Below are positions 21,541 through 35,259 of a stretch of 53,974 nt of DNA, one piece after another. Position numbers and translations under genes: made by a program. Position 1 is the stretch's first letter. Each line of letters starts with the position of its first letter. The DNA is from Ancylonema sp. (taxonomy: Eukaryota). The notes under the pieces were generated by a model, which saw nothing but the letters and a program-made list of their open reading frames with translations, was not told the DNA's origin and ran no database searches. Where the stretch lies: the NCBI GenBank assembly GCA_050230475.1, contig JBFLGF010000181.1:1-53974 (forward strand). Direction: 5' to 3'.

Positions 21541-24500
21541 TGTAACAATCAAATTAGGGCCTAATAATTAGACAACCGGGATTACTAGCTAAGAGTTAGC
21601 TCAGGGTATAACGCACTTTAGGGGAATCCTAGCGGCAATAGGGGGAGTCCTAAGACTATGTGTACTAGTCCGGACTCCACCCGGGCGCTTGTGGCTAGGT
21701 GTGATTGTAATAAAGGGGTCGGAAACATTTGTGGCCGGGCACCCGAGTCTTTTTGCTAGGCACGCGTAATGTCGATATATCATTTACCGTTGCCAACAAA
21801 GGAGGCTAGATGCATCATGCCAGAGTGCATCTAACAGAGTGGCTAGATCTGATATGTTATGTCTACTCATGTCAAAACGTGCGGCATAAGCCATTGACTT
21901 GCTCGCTTTGTTGTTGATTTATTATTGGCCGACGATCATTGATCCGATTGTCGGCACATTATTCATTGTAAAAGTACATAAGGTATTGTCAATCCGATGC
22001 TGCTCATAATTCAAGCTCTCATTTATCTCGACGCTTTCATTGTTATCGTTTATCACGATCTTGTCCAATTGAAAAATCGGTGAGAGATATTGGTAAAGTA
22101 CGGAAAGAGTGACTGGGAGATTTGAATATCTCGGTGGTCAAAATTGTGAGGTTATGGGCCCACATGCGGTCCAGTTAGACGTTGTGTTGTTATTTACTGA
22201 AGGCTTCCACGCGTCCATTGCCAAAAAATGTACGGGACGGTAAATTGTGTTTGTTAACGGTAAAGTAACGGGTTAAGAATCGCTGCACGTAATTGGTGCA
22301 AGGTTTTGAAATAGTGAGTGAATGTGATTGAATGCACTTAGATTGCGAGATATAAAGCTGCGAGTGAATATTTGGTGTGGTTTTGCTAATCACTCCCTAC
22401 AATGTCGGATAAGTATATGATCCCTCTCTTGACAGGAGTAGATTACAAACAATAGGCATTCAAGGTTAAATTCGGCTTGGCCGATAAGAAATTGCACGTT
22501 GTAGTGATGGATTGGGGCGGTGTTGCCCACGGACCTCGTCCTTGGCCCGTTATCGCAGAGGGAAGAGGACGAGATTACACTTGTTGGTGGAGATGCAACC
22601 GTGGCAAAACGAGCTCCCCAGGCGCTCATCGTGGCCAAGACTCCCTTAATTTTTGTGGGAGGAGAAGAACCTTGTTTCCATGGCGTATTTCGCCGAGCAC
22701 CTCGGGGCATCTCATGCACGACGCACGTCACCAAGTGCAAGACCATAGCCCGATATGTGTGACGTGTTGCTGGGTTAATATAGTGTGCAACGCGCGGTCG
22801 AGACATCAACCGCCAAGGCGTAGCTTTTCTACGATTGTGATGGCGGAAAACGAAGAAATGCCCCTCTACGTGAAGCGGCTGAAAGATATGCATGACTAGG
22901 TAGACGGTTTGGGCGTAGTCGTCACTCCTTTCGACCAGGCGATAAACCTGTTCAACTCTCTACATACTCGATATAGCCCAATAGAGAATACGATTATACT
23001 TTGAGCTTAATCGAATCCTGTAATTCTTTACAATTCTTCACATTGTGAGCGCGTTGGTGAACGAGGACGATCGAGAAGAGTATAGCGATCGGAAGCGAGG
23101 GGTGCTGCAAGGCGGACGTCATGCAATTGCGCCGGCGGAGGGGGTGCAAGCGAAAATGGGAGGCCAAGTGGGGGCGGAAGTAGCGGCAGACGAGACTCTG
23201 ACCAAGTGGAGTGCCACGGCTTCCACAAGTTTGGCCACGTCACGCACAATTGCTTTGAAAGCAGCCTTCGTACGACGGAGGTGGCGGCAAGGGCAAGCCA
23301 TTAAAGTGCTACCGATACCACGAGCGGGGTCATCGAGCTTTTGACAGTGTAGTTGCTGCTCCGGTGGCGCGACAAGGTCGGGGAGCAATTCAAGGAAGAG
23401 GGGGTGGAAATATCAGATCTCGCTAGAGCAAAGGAGTGGGGCATTCACATGATAAGTGCGGGCATCGTAAGAAATACCAGAAACAAGTTGATAATATTAG
23501 AGCAGTTGTCGCCAAACTTGCGAAAGTTGATAACGATTTTGATTCTCGATCACAATATTTCGGTTTCGCTACCTATTCCCTTGATGTTGCCCTGCTTGCC
23601 CCCGTTGGCCCTCTTGGTGAATCTCTTATCCTTTACTCACGCAAACTGACCACGTCTTTCACGACGAGAAGGTCTTCACGAACTACAAGCCACTTCCAGC
23701 CGTCCTGGATCTCTTTATCGAGACGGTTGACGGCGCCATGCGCAGATTGAAGGCTGCGGACTGGTGGTCTTGCGAATCGTGCGAGTTGGCCAACCATTTG
23801 TCCATTCCCTACAAGCGTTGTACGTGCCGAGTTTCTCGTAAAACGTGGTGTATGTAGAGTGCCTCGTCTTGCGATGTACTTTCGCATTCTTTGTCCTTCC
23901 TGGCGGACCCGAATTGACCACTTTGGCAGGATAGAAATGGGTAGATCACATCCGTCATAGAGGCGAGTCCATTTTTTTCTGATATTGTTATTGTGCTGGG
24001 ATCCGAGGGAGTGAGAGCACACCTGTCCGTTGGCATAAACTGTCATCAGAGACTTGGTCATCTAGTTTCTAATGTGATTTTATATTTTTCTAGATGCGAA
24101 GACATTCATAGGCTAAGTTCAGAGGAAGTGTTTGATGTTGGGTCGTGTGAGTTATGTTGCCAAGGAAATATGCGACTGAGGAGTCATGCACCTGTGTATG
24201 AGGATTGACCACTATGCCAAAGATGGGTCGAGTCCACTTGGACCTGATCGGCCGGATACTCGTTAAGTCGATGCATGGGGGGTACACATGCACAAACTGG
24301 GATTGAGGTCAACATAATAATGTATTTTATGAGTCTACTGAAGGTCAAGAGTGAGGCATTCGACCGAGCGAAATGTACTATACGGCAGCTCGAGGTTGAG
24401 TCCGGACTGCCTCATAGATCGATCAAGACAGATGGGGGTGGGGAGTATACGTTTGGTACTCGGAAAGTCTCTTGTGAGTCCAAGGGAGTCATGCACGAAT

Positions 24501-26198
24501 TAACTGCCCTATTCAGTCCAAAGCAAAACGGAATGCGAGAGAGACTAACCGAACATTGACTGAAAAGATGCGATACATGATGGGGTGGAGTGGTCCACCG
24601 AGATCTTAGTGGGACGTAGCACTATTGTATGCTAACTAGAAACACCTAGCACTACTGCATGCACACGAGAAGCACCTAATGGTGCAGTGTTTGAATAGAT
24701 GCCCATAGAAGTTTGGACACGCAAGAGTGTGATGTTTGACAAGTGTCACAATTTCGGGTGCTTAGTCCGGTATAGGGTAGGGGCTGGCAAGTTTAGGAAG
24801 GGGGATAAGTTTGTTGCTTGTACGTGCTTTGGGGTGTTCTTGCAAATAGTTGGTGAGGGTGCCGGCTACATGGTATTCGATCCCAACCGTGCGGGGGTGA
24901 TCACTCGATTTGACGTCCACTTCTTCGATGACGTGCCGGGGTATCCTCGTATGAGTGGGGGGAGAGCTCCTTACATCTAGAAGAAAACAAAAAAGCACTT
25001 CTTCTTCCTGATCCCCGACACCGGTGATGAGGAGGAGGCACCAAAAGCTCCACCAATTTAGGCGGTTCAAATGCCGACGGCTGCACTAGTCCCTGTAGTA
25101 GCCGTCAACGACCCTCCACGAGCACTCGAGCACCAAGTCCACTTCCAACTTCTTGACGCTGCGGCCCCATCGAGGTGGTTGCGTTGTCCGACACCCACTA
25201 AGGGGTCAACAATGCGGGAGGAGTGGATGGAGAGGAGGAGGAGGTGTAAGGTGGTGGTGTTCCATCTGCGGTGGAAGGGAGGAGTGTTGCTGAGAGGGTG
25301 ATGATGCGATGGAGGGCGAACTTCGCGCAATACGGGGACATCCTTTGATGTGATAGGGAGGAGTTCGACGACGTTGTGCACGCCAATTATGGGATGCGAG
25401 AGGAAAAATGGGAGCCAAGTTTATTTTACACCGTTTCAACGAGCCCCTCGATCCTAGCTACGCGGCGGCTAGTGAGAGTTCGGAGTCCTCCGATCCCCTC
25501 ACCCTCAACCAGGCGCTTAAGAGACATGACTACGACAAGTGGCAGGAAGCCATCAACACCGAGTTAAAGGCCTTGGAGGAGTTCGACACTTTCGAAGTGG
25601 TGACTCTGCCTCCAAGGAAACAGGTTGTTGGGTGTAGGTACGTCTTCAAGATCAAAGTCACACGTGGTAGAGAGATAGAGCGGTATAGAGTGTGTGTGGT
25701 CGCAAAGGATTTTTTGTAGCTAGAGAGTACATATTATAATGAGATATTCGCACCCGTAGTAGGTAGTACTTCAATATCACTACTACTTGCTGTCGCAAAC
25801 CAAAAAGACCGGGAAGTGGAAGAGATGGATGTTGTGAATGTATTCATACACGGACGATTAACGGAGACTGTCTACATGAAAATCCCACCTCTTTATGCGT
25901 ATTCGGGGGGGGGGCACAGGGAAACGTTGTATTAGTTAAGGGGACGTTGTACGGATTGAAACAAAGTTCACATGTCCTTGGGAAAATATTCCAAAACTTC
26001 ATGCTTAAACAAGGGTTCAAACAATGCGTCATGGGCACATGCATTTCCGCACAAGGGGAGGGGAATAACCGCATCAGTATAGGTATACACTTAGATGACT
26101 ACGTGATTAGGGGCCCTAACCCCATGGTGATCAAAACATTTAAGGTTGAGATGGCCACAAAGTTTGTAATGAAAGACTTGGGTCCCCCAACCCATATC
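21541..26198 (+). mobile_element. Degenerate Ty1/copia retrotransposon (family B): 5' LTR ~21541-22149, PBS 22150-22162, gag-PR-IN-RT truncated in RT
   Basis: PBS ggttatgggccca; zinc knuckle HKFGHVTHNC; HQRLGH; integrase VHLDLIG, IKTDGGGEY, PKQNGMRER; RT WQEAINTELKAL..VVGCRYVFKIK, YGLKQS, IHLDDY. Many stops. Confidence 0.92.
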
Positions 26199-28823
26199 TG
26201 TTGAAATAAGCCGGATAACCATGCTATGTGTGCTAGTCCGGACTACACCCGGGCGCTTATGGCCGGATGTGATTGTAGTAGTGGGGTCGGATACGTTTGT
26301 ATCCGGTTACCCGATTCGCTTTGCTTTGCACGGATCATGTCGTCATTATGAGTGCCGTTGCTAGTAAAGTAGGCTAGGTGCATCATGTCAGACTGCACCT
26401 AGCTACGTGGTTTGGCAGGATTCTCTGCGCCTAGTCGGGTGTGATCGTCCGGCATAAGCCGTTGACATGATCGCTTAGTTGTCGAAGTATGATAGGCCAA
26501 CGGTCAATATTCTCAGTGTCGGCATTGTGCTCAATGTAAAGTGCATCTGGTATTATCAACCCGATGCCGCTCATAATTCATTATTATTTTCAATCATAAT
26601 TTGTGTGTAATATCGTTTATTACGTTCATGTCCAATTGTTGAATCGGTGACAAATATTGGTTGTGTACAGAATTTGAGATTGGGAGATCTATGTGATATC
26701 GGGATACCATTGTTAAAAGCTTATAGGCCCACATGCGGTCTAGTTAGACGTTGTGCGGTAATCAACGAAAAACTACCACGCGTCCAGTGCAAACGAACCT
26801 GGTGGACGGTAAATTGTGCTCTTTGACGGGTATATTTGCGGGTTAAGAATTGCAGCACGTAATTGGTGCAGGGCCTTGGGGTTGTGAGTGTTTGCATTGA
26901 TTGCGCTCAACACTCTGAGCTAAAGAAGTTGTGAGTGAATACTTGTTATTGTTTGTTATGATCACTCTCTACAATGCCGGACAAATCTATGATCTCTCAA
27001 CTTACAAGAGTAGATTATAGACGATGGGTTTTCGAAATTTGTTTCGGCTTGGCCGATAAGGAATTGCACAATGTTGTGTTGGAATGGGGCGGTGGTCCCC
27101 GGCAAGCTCGTCCTGTTATCCCTAGCATATTGTCGCTTGCTAAGGAGGACGATATCAAACATGTGGGCGGTGAACTAGGTGCAAGAGGAAGAGCCCAGCA
27201 AGTTTCAATCGTGGCCCTCATGGCTACTCTCCTTATGTGGGAGAAGAAGAAGCTTGCGGCGATGGCCTATGTTGTTAAGCACCTAGGTGCTTGTGAGCTG
27301 CCGCACGTGACGAGATGCGAGAGTGCTGCATCCATGTGGGACGTGTTGGAGAGTTGCTACTTCGTGCGAGGAGCACTCGAGAAGGCGAATGCCAAGGCGC
27401 ACCTGGCGGCCATAGTGATGGCAGAGAATGAAGACTTGATAGTCTACGTCAACCGGCTCAAGGATATTCATGACAAACTGGACGGCTTTGGAGCTCCCGT
27501 GATGCCTTTCGACCACTCAATCAATCCCCTCAACTCCCTGTCTACCCGCTACAGCCCAATGGTGCGGACTTGTATGACTTGGGTGCAGTCTAGCCCCGCT
27601 TTCGACCCCCTAGATCCTCCCTCGTCACGTCGTTCGACAACGCACTAACAATGTGCGGGATGGTGAAGATCGGCGGGCGGCCGGCAAGCGACTTATGACG
27701 GAGGGGGAGGTACGAGTCGTAGATGGAGGCCATATGGGGGAGGAAGTGGAAGCGGAAGCGGAGGTGGGGGCAAGCAAACGGAGAGCTTCGGCTGCCACAA
27801 GTTCGGACACATCAAGCGAGTCTGTCGGGAGAAGCAGCCGTCGAAAAATCGAGGTCGAAAACGGGGAGGCAAAGTTGTGAAGTGCTACCGGTGCCAGGAT
27901 CCCGGCCATCGAGCTCTAGAGTGCCCTGGCGCTCCGCCGGTCGCGCGTCAGGCCACAACTACTGTTTAGGGAAGTGGGAATGGGTCCATCGTATGTCGCT
28001 ATTGCAAAGGGGAGGGGCACTCACATGACAAGTGTACACAGCGCAACAAACACATGAAACAAGTTGAAACTACAGCTGGAGCGAATGCCAAACTTGCAAA
28101 GTTTGATAGTGAGTTCGATGTTGGTTTTGGTACTCTTTGTCTCGTTGTTGTTCCCTTCGATGTTGCCCTGTCTGCCTACGCTAGTGCTCATGACGATGAC
28201 TCTATCCTCCTTGACTCACGTGCTACCGATAATTCTTGTTACGATCGAAAAGTATTCAAGGACTACCAAAGATCGAACATTCGTTCATCTAAGCATTATG
28301 CGCAATACCCAGCCTTTCATCTAGGCCGTGGAGGCTCCGCACGTACCAAAATTCTCCCAAAACATGCTCTCTGCAACTTGCCTCGTCGAGAGAGGTAAAC
28401 TGGCCTACTCCCGTCTTCCGGATGCACCAAGCATGAGGACATTGACCAGAGATAAATGGGCAAATTTTCACTTTGCTAGAAAGTTGCCTTACATCTCTAC
28501 AACTGTCATAGTGCCTGGTACGCACGGAATTCAAGCAAATCTATCCGTAGACATGATGTGGCATGAAAGACTTGGTCACCCAGGTGCTCATGTGTTGTTG
28601 TTGTTGTTATATTTGTGCCCAGGTGCTGCTGTTGTTATATTTGTCAAGACGCGGAGACATTCCTAGGCTAAATCCAGAGGAAGTGCCTGTGGTTAGGTCT
28701 TGTGAGGTTTCTTGCTAGGGAAACTGAAATATAACAGTCATGGTCAAGTGTCACAGGATGTGGCCAAAATTCCAAAGATGGGACGGATCCTCTTGGATCT
28801 GATTGGCCCGCTGCCGGTCAAAA
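26199..28823 (+). mobile_element. Second family B copia copy nested in the RT region of the first: LTR 26199-26717, PBS ~26719-26731, gag-PR-start of IN
   Basis: LTR and leader colinear with ~21655-22400; PBS gcttataggccca; gag ORF 26974-27648; three CCHC knuckles; ILLDSRAT protease; WHERLGHPG; LDLIGPLP. Confidence 0.9.
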
Positions 28824-28956
28824 TGTAACAATGCTATCCCGAGATCACAGAGATCTCCCTCTCTGAGTTTCCGTACGCTACCAATATCAGTATCCGATGT
28901 ATGAACGTGATAAACTATATTACACATAAGCGATTATTGGAAAATAGTAATGAATA
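28824..28956 (-). mobile_element. 3' end of a third family B LTR, antisense, interrupting the integrase of the second copy
   Basis: Reverse complement matches the end of the 26199-26717 LTR (…gatctcgggatagcattgttaca) and ends in CA. Confidence 0.75.
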
Positions 28957-29535
28957 ATATAACCGTTCCCCTCCAAAGTAGACTAAGGGAACTCGACCCG
29001 TGAATACCGGATAATTCGGATATTGCTATCGGGGATGGTATGCTACGGGGATAGTATGATGCATGTATCTTTCCGCATATTCAACAAAAATAATATGCAT
29101 CCAAAAAAAGAACGGTATCCAATAATAAACTCTGAAGAGTGTTAGGAACGAGGGCCTCCTTTATTCCGAGAGGTATTTGAAAACGTGAAGACAACGCGAG
29201 TGTAAGTAGTAGATAATAGAATATAAAATTGAAAGTCGCATCCCAACCATGTCCAGACACTTATTTGTTGGCCTTCTCACGAAACTTTAACATTTTCAGC
29301 ATTTCCCAAAAAGAAAATGAGGAACGGCGAAAAAATAAGTAGATAAATGTCAACGACGGCATTTCATTGTCATTATTAAAAGTGGTACTTCTCATGCACC
29401 GAGGGGAACCAGGTCATGCAGGTCATGCACCAGTCATGCACCGAGGGGAACCAAGCACATCCAATACTTTACGTTTGAATACTTCACCTTAATATAATAA
29501 AATCCGTGATTTGTGTGTTATGCATGAGATTCCCT

Positions 29536-29577
29536 GCATGTCAGTCATGTACGTGATAACGTACATGACTGACATGC
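29536..29577. repeat. Perfect 19-bp inverted repeat with 4-nt loop
   Basis: gcatgtcagtcatgtacgt-gata-acgtacatgactgacatgc. Confidence 0.95.
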
Positions 29578-31300
29578 TCCTTGCGAATATGATTGGGCGG
29601 GTTAGCATAGATTGGGTTACTGGTATGCGGATGTATCCAATGGCATGTAGGGCAAATGTGCGGAATATGTAGTATGCGAGTGGTAGTTTGATTGGCTATC
29701 GGCATACAGGATGCTCACAAAGGACACGGAAATTTTTGACGTTCAAAATGAAATCCTAAACACGCGGAAAGGGGTTTGGATTTCAAACTAACATAATTAT
29801 GTTTTCTATTACGAAACTGGGTCCCCGGCTCGTGCTGCTATGTTGGATAAATTCGATGTTTGTAAAAATTCGAGCCCCGCTTTACGTCCGCGATTCGAAG
29901 GACATTGCCCGGCTCTACCAAATATTGATATGGTACCGTAGAGATTTTGGTATAGTAGTTTACATATGGTAATTTTCTTTACTATTTAGGGCTTTGTTTG
30001 GTTTGATTTACCCATAGTTACTCGGAATCGGTTGATACGAGTCGCACCCGCGATTCGGAACCAGAAACTTGTAACCATCGTTCGGAAGTCGGCCGGAGAT
30101 TTTGATGTCGATGAAAACATTTTCAGCATAGAAAATAAATGAAAAGTATGGAGGTTGAGAAAATAAAAAAAAAGGAACCATGTGTCTTGAACCATATTGG
30201 TCGTTTCATCACATCGAACGACGATCCGATGTGATTATATCACATATTGACTTTTTGTTTCACGAAAAATGTTTGATTCGGTAATGCACGTCATCACGAA
30301 GTTTCTTACAAATGTTCGAAATAGTTCAAGTGGTTATGCTTATTTCCGGGAACAAACTTACGTCTTAGAATGTCCCTAAAGGTTCATTAACAGTTTCGAA
30401 TGTTTATTTTCATAAGATTCCGTTCCGATCGGTCCTAACTTAGAACCGGTTTGCCGATTTGTGAGTCTATGATTTTGAGTCTAATTTACATTGACGGCCC
30501 CGTCCATCGCGTTGACGCGTTCCGCACATATTCATATGACCATGTCGTACCGATATCGGTCGAGTACCGTCAAAAGTGTAAGACTCAACACCATACAAGC
30601 ACATCGTGCGGCTGCCTCTATAACAAGGTCACTACCCGCCGTACGACTACCCAACAACCGTGCCAATACCCACGCATTCTATGTACGCTATCAGCCACGT
30701 TTGCATGACAAGCAATTATCCCGAACCGCTGTCCATAACCGTGCTTCAACAACATGCGGTTATCACAACTCATTCATCACAATCCGCCACTCACTTCAAT
30801 TTCTTGCTCACGTCAAATTACCTGAGCAAACCGTATTGGATTCATTCATACCATCACGAGCTAGAGAGTGAGCAATAGATGCACAACACCGCAATCACCA
30901 AATGCCATGTCACCACTCTTTTGCACAAGTTACTCGGTCTGCAGTGTAATGTAATGTAGCCAGAGTGCTCGGACATCGGATTACATACCAAACGTCGGAC
31001 CTTTGGGCCCGCGAGCCCACATGCCCTTTATGTACGCTAAGATGTAATCATGAACGTACATCCTAGTCCAATCGAAATCATCCTACCAACAAATATCCTA
31101 TCTGCAATCTCAAGCGAAGATACTGACTATTAGATATTGACTCATAAATCATTCCCAATCACTGGATTGCCACCAATCACATATCACCCAGACGACACTC
31201 TTCGTCGGGATCGGACACCCTACGTCTGCAAACCGGACGCCCGATAGACCAAACCGAAACCAAAAGTCAAACGGCTATCCTTCTTTGTTTGGACAAGGTA

Positions 31301-31635
31301 CCGTACCAGCCAGAGATAATGCGCCAGCAAATCGGAAATTAATTAATAGAAGTACGCTCCAAACAGTTGCGCCAGCGACTTTTTAATTAATTAGTACGCT
31401 CCAAAAGTGTGCGCCAGGCGAATTTTGAATAAATATGTTTTAACTGCGCCAGGTGTTTTGGAATATTTTATATTGGAATTTTTTACTGCGCCAAATTATC
31501 GTCGATTTTATTAATTTATTTGCGTTAAAAGTACGAGCCAACGTGTTCAAAGTAATTATTTTAGTACGCGCCAAAAACGTGTGCGCCAGGCAAAGTGGTA
31601 ATTATTTTTTGGCGCGTTATCTCTGGCTGGTACCG
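31301..31635. mobile_element. Tc1/mariner-like MITE (335 bp) with TA TSD
   Basis: 26-bp TIRs ccgtaccagccagagataatgcgcca / tggcgcgttatctctggctggtaccg (2 mismatches), TA on both sides, many internal gcgcca repeats. Confidence 0.85.
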
Positions 31636-31895
31636 TACTTGTGAGAGGCGTAGGACGCTAATGTAGGTTACACATATTTAGGTTACGCAAATGAATATTG
31701 CACATATTTCATATCCAATTCATATCCGGAGTAATTGAACCCACAAGTCACCTACATCCTCTAATTTACATCAGGGCTCGACACTCCCTCATCATTTTTC
31801 AAAACGGCAATTAGTTTGAAGCTAAAAATCCCTTTCACTTGGTGTTGTCACCCACGGGACAACATATACATTTCCAATAGCGTCTGTCAATAGTT

Positions 31896-31946
31896 CCAGT
31901 TCCGGTTCCGGTTCCGGTTCCGGTTTGGTTCCGGTTGGTTCCGGTT
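31896..31946. repeat. (TTCCGG)n short tandem array, probably a subterminal repeat of a DNA transposon
   Basis: gttccggttccggttccggttccggtttggttccggttggttccggtt. Confidence 0.7.
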
Positions 31947-32806
31947 GAGTAGATGATGATGCGTCTACGTTACTTTCGAAATTGAAGAGGAATTGCTAGT
32001 TATTTGATGTGTCCTGTACATAAGAGGCGAACAACTTACAACTTACATGTAAGTAGTATATGAACTACATCATAATAACATCTGAAGGCGACAGCAAGTC
32101 GTAAATAAAATCAGGCACCAACAAGGAGGGATGTCACCTTACCAAACTCTCTATGTGTCAAGTACTTCAGGTCACCAAATGCGACTCAACCTACTAGCAA
32201 CATGTACTCTATCTATTTGATATTCCCTTGATGACCAATGTCATTCATCTTGCAATCGATTGAGATTGGCTCCAAGTCTTTCACAAGTATCTCACCAACT
32301 AATCCGCCATCTGCACAACAAGAAGCAATGGAGAGAAACACCAACGTTTCAACAAAGATTCATGATTGACTCCCAACGACCAGTGATAAATCCTGCATAG
32401 TTTGTCTCTTGTAGAATCACGAGAACTTGCTACTGGATCCCTCAGTACACCAACTCTCTTCCTCCACACAGATGTGCCCTGCCGTCACCGCCACCGCATC
32501 CTTGAACAAGATTCCACTTTTTAGTGGAGCCAGAATCAAAGGGGCACCAGTGGGAAAGGCAACCATCTGTGATCCGATTACTAAAATGATCATCATTGGG
32601 ATCCAGTCACTAAAGTTTACATTTGACCAATTGCAGACAAACAAGAACGTCTTGCTGAATGTGTAATAAACAGAAATGAACAGCTATTCAAGATAAGCCA
32701 GAGAAGGGGGATATGTTATTTGACAACTACAGGTGGGGAAATGTACCGTGGCACACCTAGGCCTTCAGACCTTCCAGGATTTCCTTTCAACATTCGACTC
32801 CAAGCT

Positions 32807-35259
32807 TCAGAAATTTGTCAACATCTTATCTTTGGTCACCCCCGCCTCAAGGAGGATAGCTGTCACCTCCTGAACAAACATGAGGGGACTCGAGAACGAG
32901 TGAAATAATTTCAGGCATCAGGGAAGGGATTCTTGGGTCAATACGGGCAACACATCCGCCGGTGCATTTATGCCATAGCCAAGAACATCCTCGTGTCCAG
33001 AAAATGCTCCCAGGTTCCTCTTTTTCTCCCTACTGCGCCAGAGGGTAAGGTATGAGGCATAAGGATTGATCTTACCTCTGACATTTCCTTTTGCCCGACC
33101 AACACAGCGCCGGTCTGCTTGCCATTGACAAGGACACCTGAGCGTTTGAAGGCTTCCTGGCACCCCAACCCTCATACTATGATACGCCAGCTGGTGAGGG
33201 ACAATTTGCCCTTGAATGTTCTGAAGACAGGTAGTTATAGTACGAAACCGCACAGTTCACCCTCTTTTAAGCCCACCAATGATCTGCAATCTGCATTATT
33301 CCTTCAGCAATGATAGGTCCTAATTGTCAGCTGTGAGGTGGCACACTCTCGACGAATCAGTGTGGAGAACTCCTGGAGCACACTGAAATATGACGGCAGC
33401 AAAGAGGAGGAAAGTTGTACTTCATGCAGCCAGTATTTCTGCTTAGTCGTTGCCAAATACCTGAACATATCCTTTCTCTCCAGTCCAGCCATCCCCTGCT
33501 TGTGAAAGAACTGGAATAATTTTTACCCCAGATGCCTCCCACGCCTCGAATCGCTTCTGCACTGGAGGCAACACCAGGCCTGATAAGATCAGGTGGAAAA
33601 CGAACGTGGAACCCTGACTGTAAGCTGCACTACCCTTCTTACTACTCTTCTTACTGCTCTTCTTTGAACACAATCAAGTGCAAAGCTTTGGTTGACATGG
33701 ACAACAATCTGTAAGGGGATCGGCTTACGGGATCTCCTATCTTCCCATACCTTATAGGCCATCTTCTGCAAATCATCTGCACCATAGTAAAGGCGAACGT
33801 CCTTTCTACTGCTGGCTTCAAAGCCATGCTCAATAAGCGACCGAATTGGGCTGCAAAACAGTAGGCCACGGACAGGTTACTTGCACCTCTGCTGTTGTAC
33901 ATATCCAAAAGTTGTATCCAGAGAATACAGGACGCCTTAATAAAGTACTGCCTTGCACCCGGAACATTCATGCCGGATGTTCACAACCGAAGCTTGCCCT
34001 ATTGCAAAGCAGAGCTTATTGGAGTCCAACAACTGCCTTTCCTTTCCTAGTACTATAACCCTGCGGCATAGCTATGGCCACAATGTTTTTTCTTCAGCTT
34101 CAGATCCCCTACCTGATGCCCGAGCCAGTCGCGAAGATAATAACACATGGCCACTCCTCAGGCGGGTGGAGGGCATCCATATTGAAGCCTTTCCCCATCA
34201 CTGGACTGACGTCCGCCTCGTCTCCAACTTTCAGGTCACAGATCAAAGCAGTTGTTGTGCCTTCTACGGCCTTGATCAAGAATTCCAGTTCACCTTTTCC
34301 AGCGGACTGCGCAGAATTCATGAAAAATCATATCGTATTATTCTGATTGTGTCAGCAGGTCCACCCCTGCTTAGACAAATGAGGGTCTAACAAGTTGCAA
34401 CTTCAACAAAGGTTGCTGAGTAATGATGTGATCTAGCTATGAAATATTCAAACACTCCAGTCCTGGAGAAGGTAACGATATGCGAACTTTGCATTCTTGT
34501 TAGCACACCTACGGGAGTTAGAACAAAGAAAGGTCGTGCAAGGAAGAAACGAGTTGTACCTGTGGAGAGGAGGCAATGGCTAGGAAAGCAGGCTTGCTTT
34601 CCTTGACCCTTATCTGCACAAACTGCCCCGGTTTCGTGTAACCAGCCTGCATCAGAGGGCAAAGAAAAATATGAAAAGGACAAAAGAGAGCATAGAGACG
34701 TAACGATGAAAAGGAGCAACAAAGTGTGTGAATCTCGACGAGACACAAATTGCGCCATGACGTACCAGTAGGTCGTCATGTCCTTCCAGACTGAGAATCA
34801 CACTGTACAACTCCCCAGATAGTCGTGTCGTCTTCGAAATTGATCCCTTGCTCCAAGTTATATCCTGCAAAGCGATAGCAGCGCTGAAGATGTTTAGATG
34901 TGCAAAGTGAACAATCCTGAACCAGATCGACGCGATTCGAAACCAGCAAACGGGGTGTGCCCACCTCGATACTTCTGACTGAAAGGGAGGATTCCAACCT
35001 GTTTCCTCTGCGCGTGAGGAGCAGCGCAACTTTTGTATCTTCTTTCCGACTGCCAACGCGATCCCCAAACCTGATGCTTTAGCTCACTTCCTCCGAAGCT
35101 TCTAATAGCCGCAATATGTCTTGCAGAGCACCCCCAGGTTGTCCCGCCTCTTATATGGCAAACAGAGGTACGAAGCTGCCGGTTGCTTGAAGTCAGGGAA
35201 GACATATGAGAGCGGGCGAAGTTTGCGGGAAGGCATACCGCCACATTTCCAGCACCCAT
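32807..35259 (-). CDS. FNRL: Plastid FNR-like FAD/NAD(P)-binding oxidoreductase (FNRL / fruit protein pKIWI502 family), 326 aa, 8 exons: 35259-34999, 34864-34766, 34646-34560, 34306-34113, 33850-33751, 33556-33461, 33156-33076, 32869-32807
   Basis: GT-AG introns in phase (981 nt). Motifs YTKPGQFVQI, KPAFLAIAS, VMGKGF, IFATGSGISPIRSLIE, VRLYYGA, GYVQ, C-terminal KMLTNF. Ser/Arg-rich transit-peptide-like N-terminus. Confidence 0.92.

Noticed and set aside
32427..32666. 79-aa ORF ending NVLLNV, superficially like the FNRL C-terminus
   Set aside because: Wrong strand; the real last exon is 32869-32807 on the minus strand.
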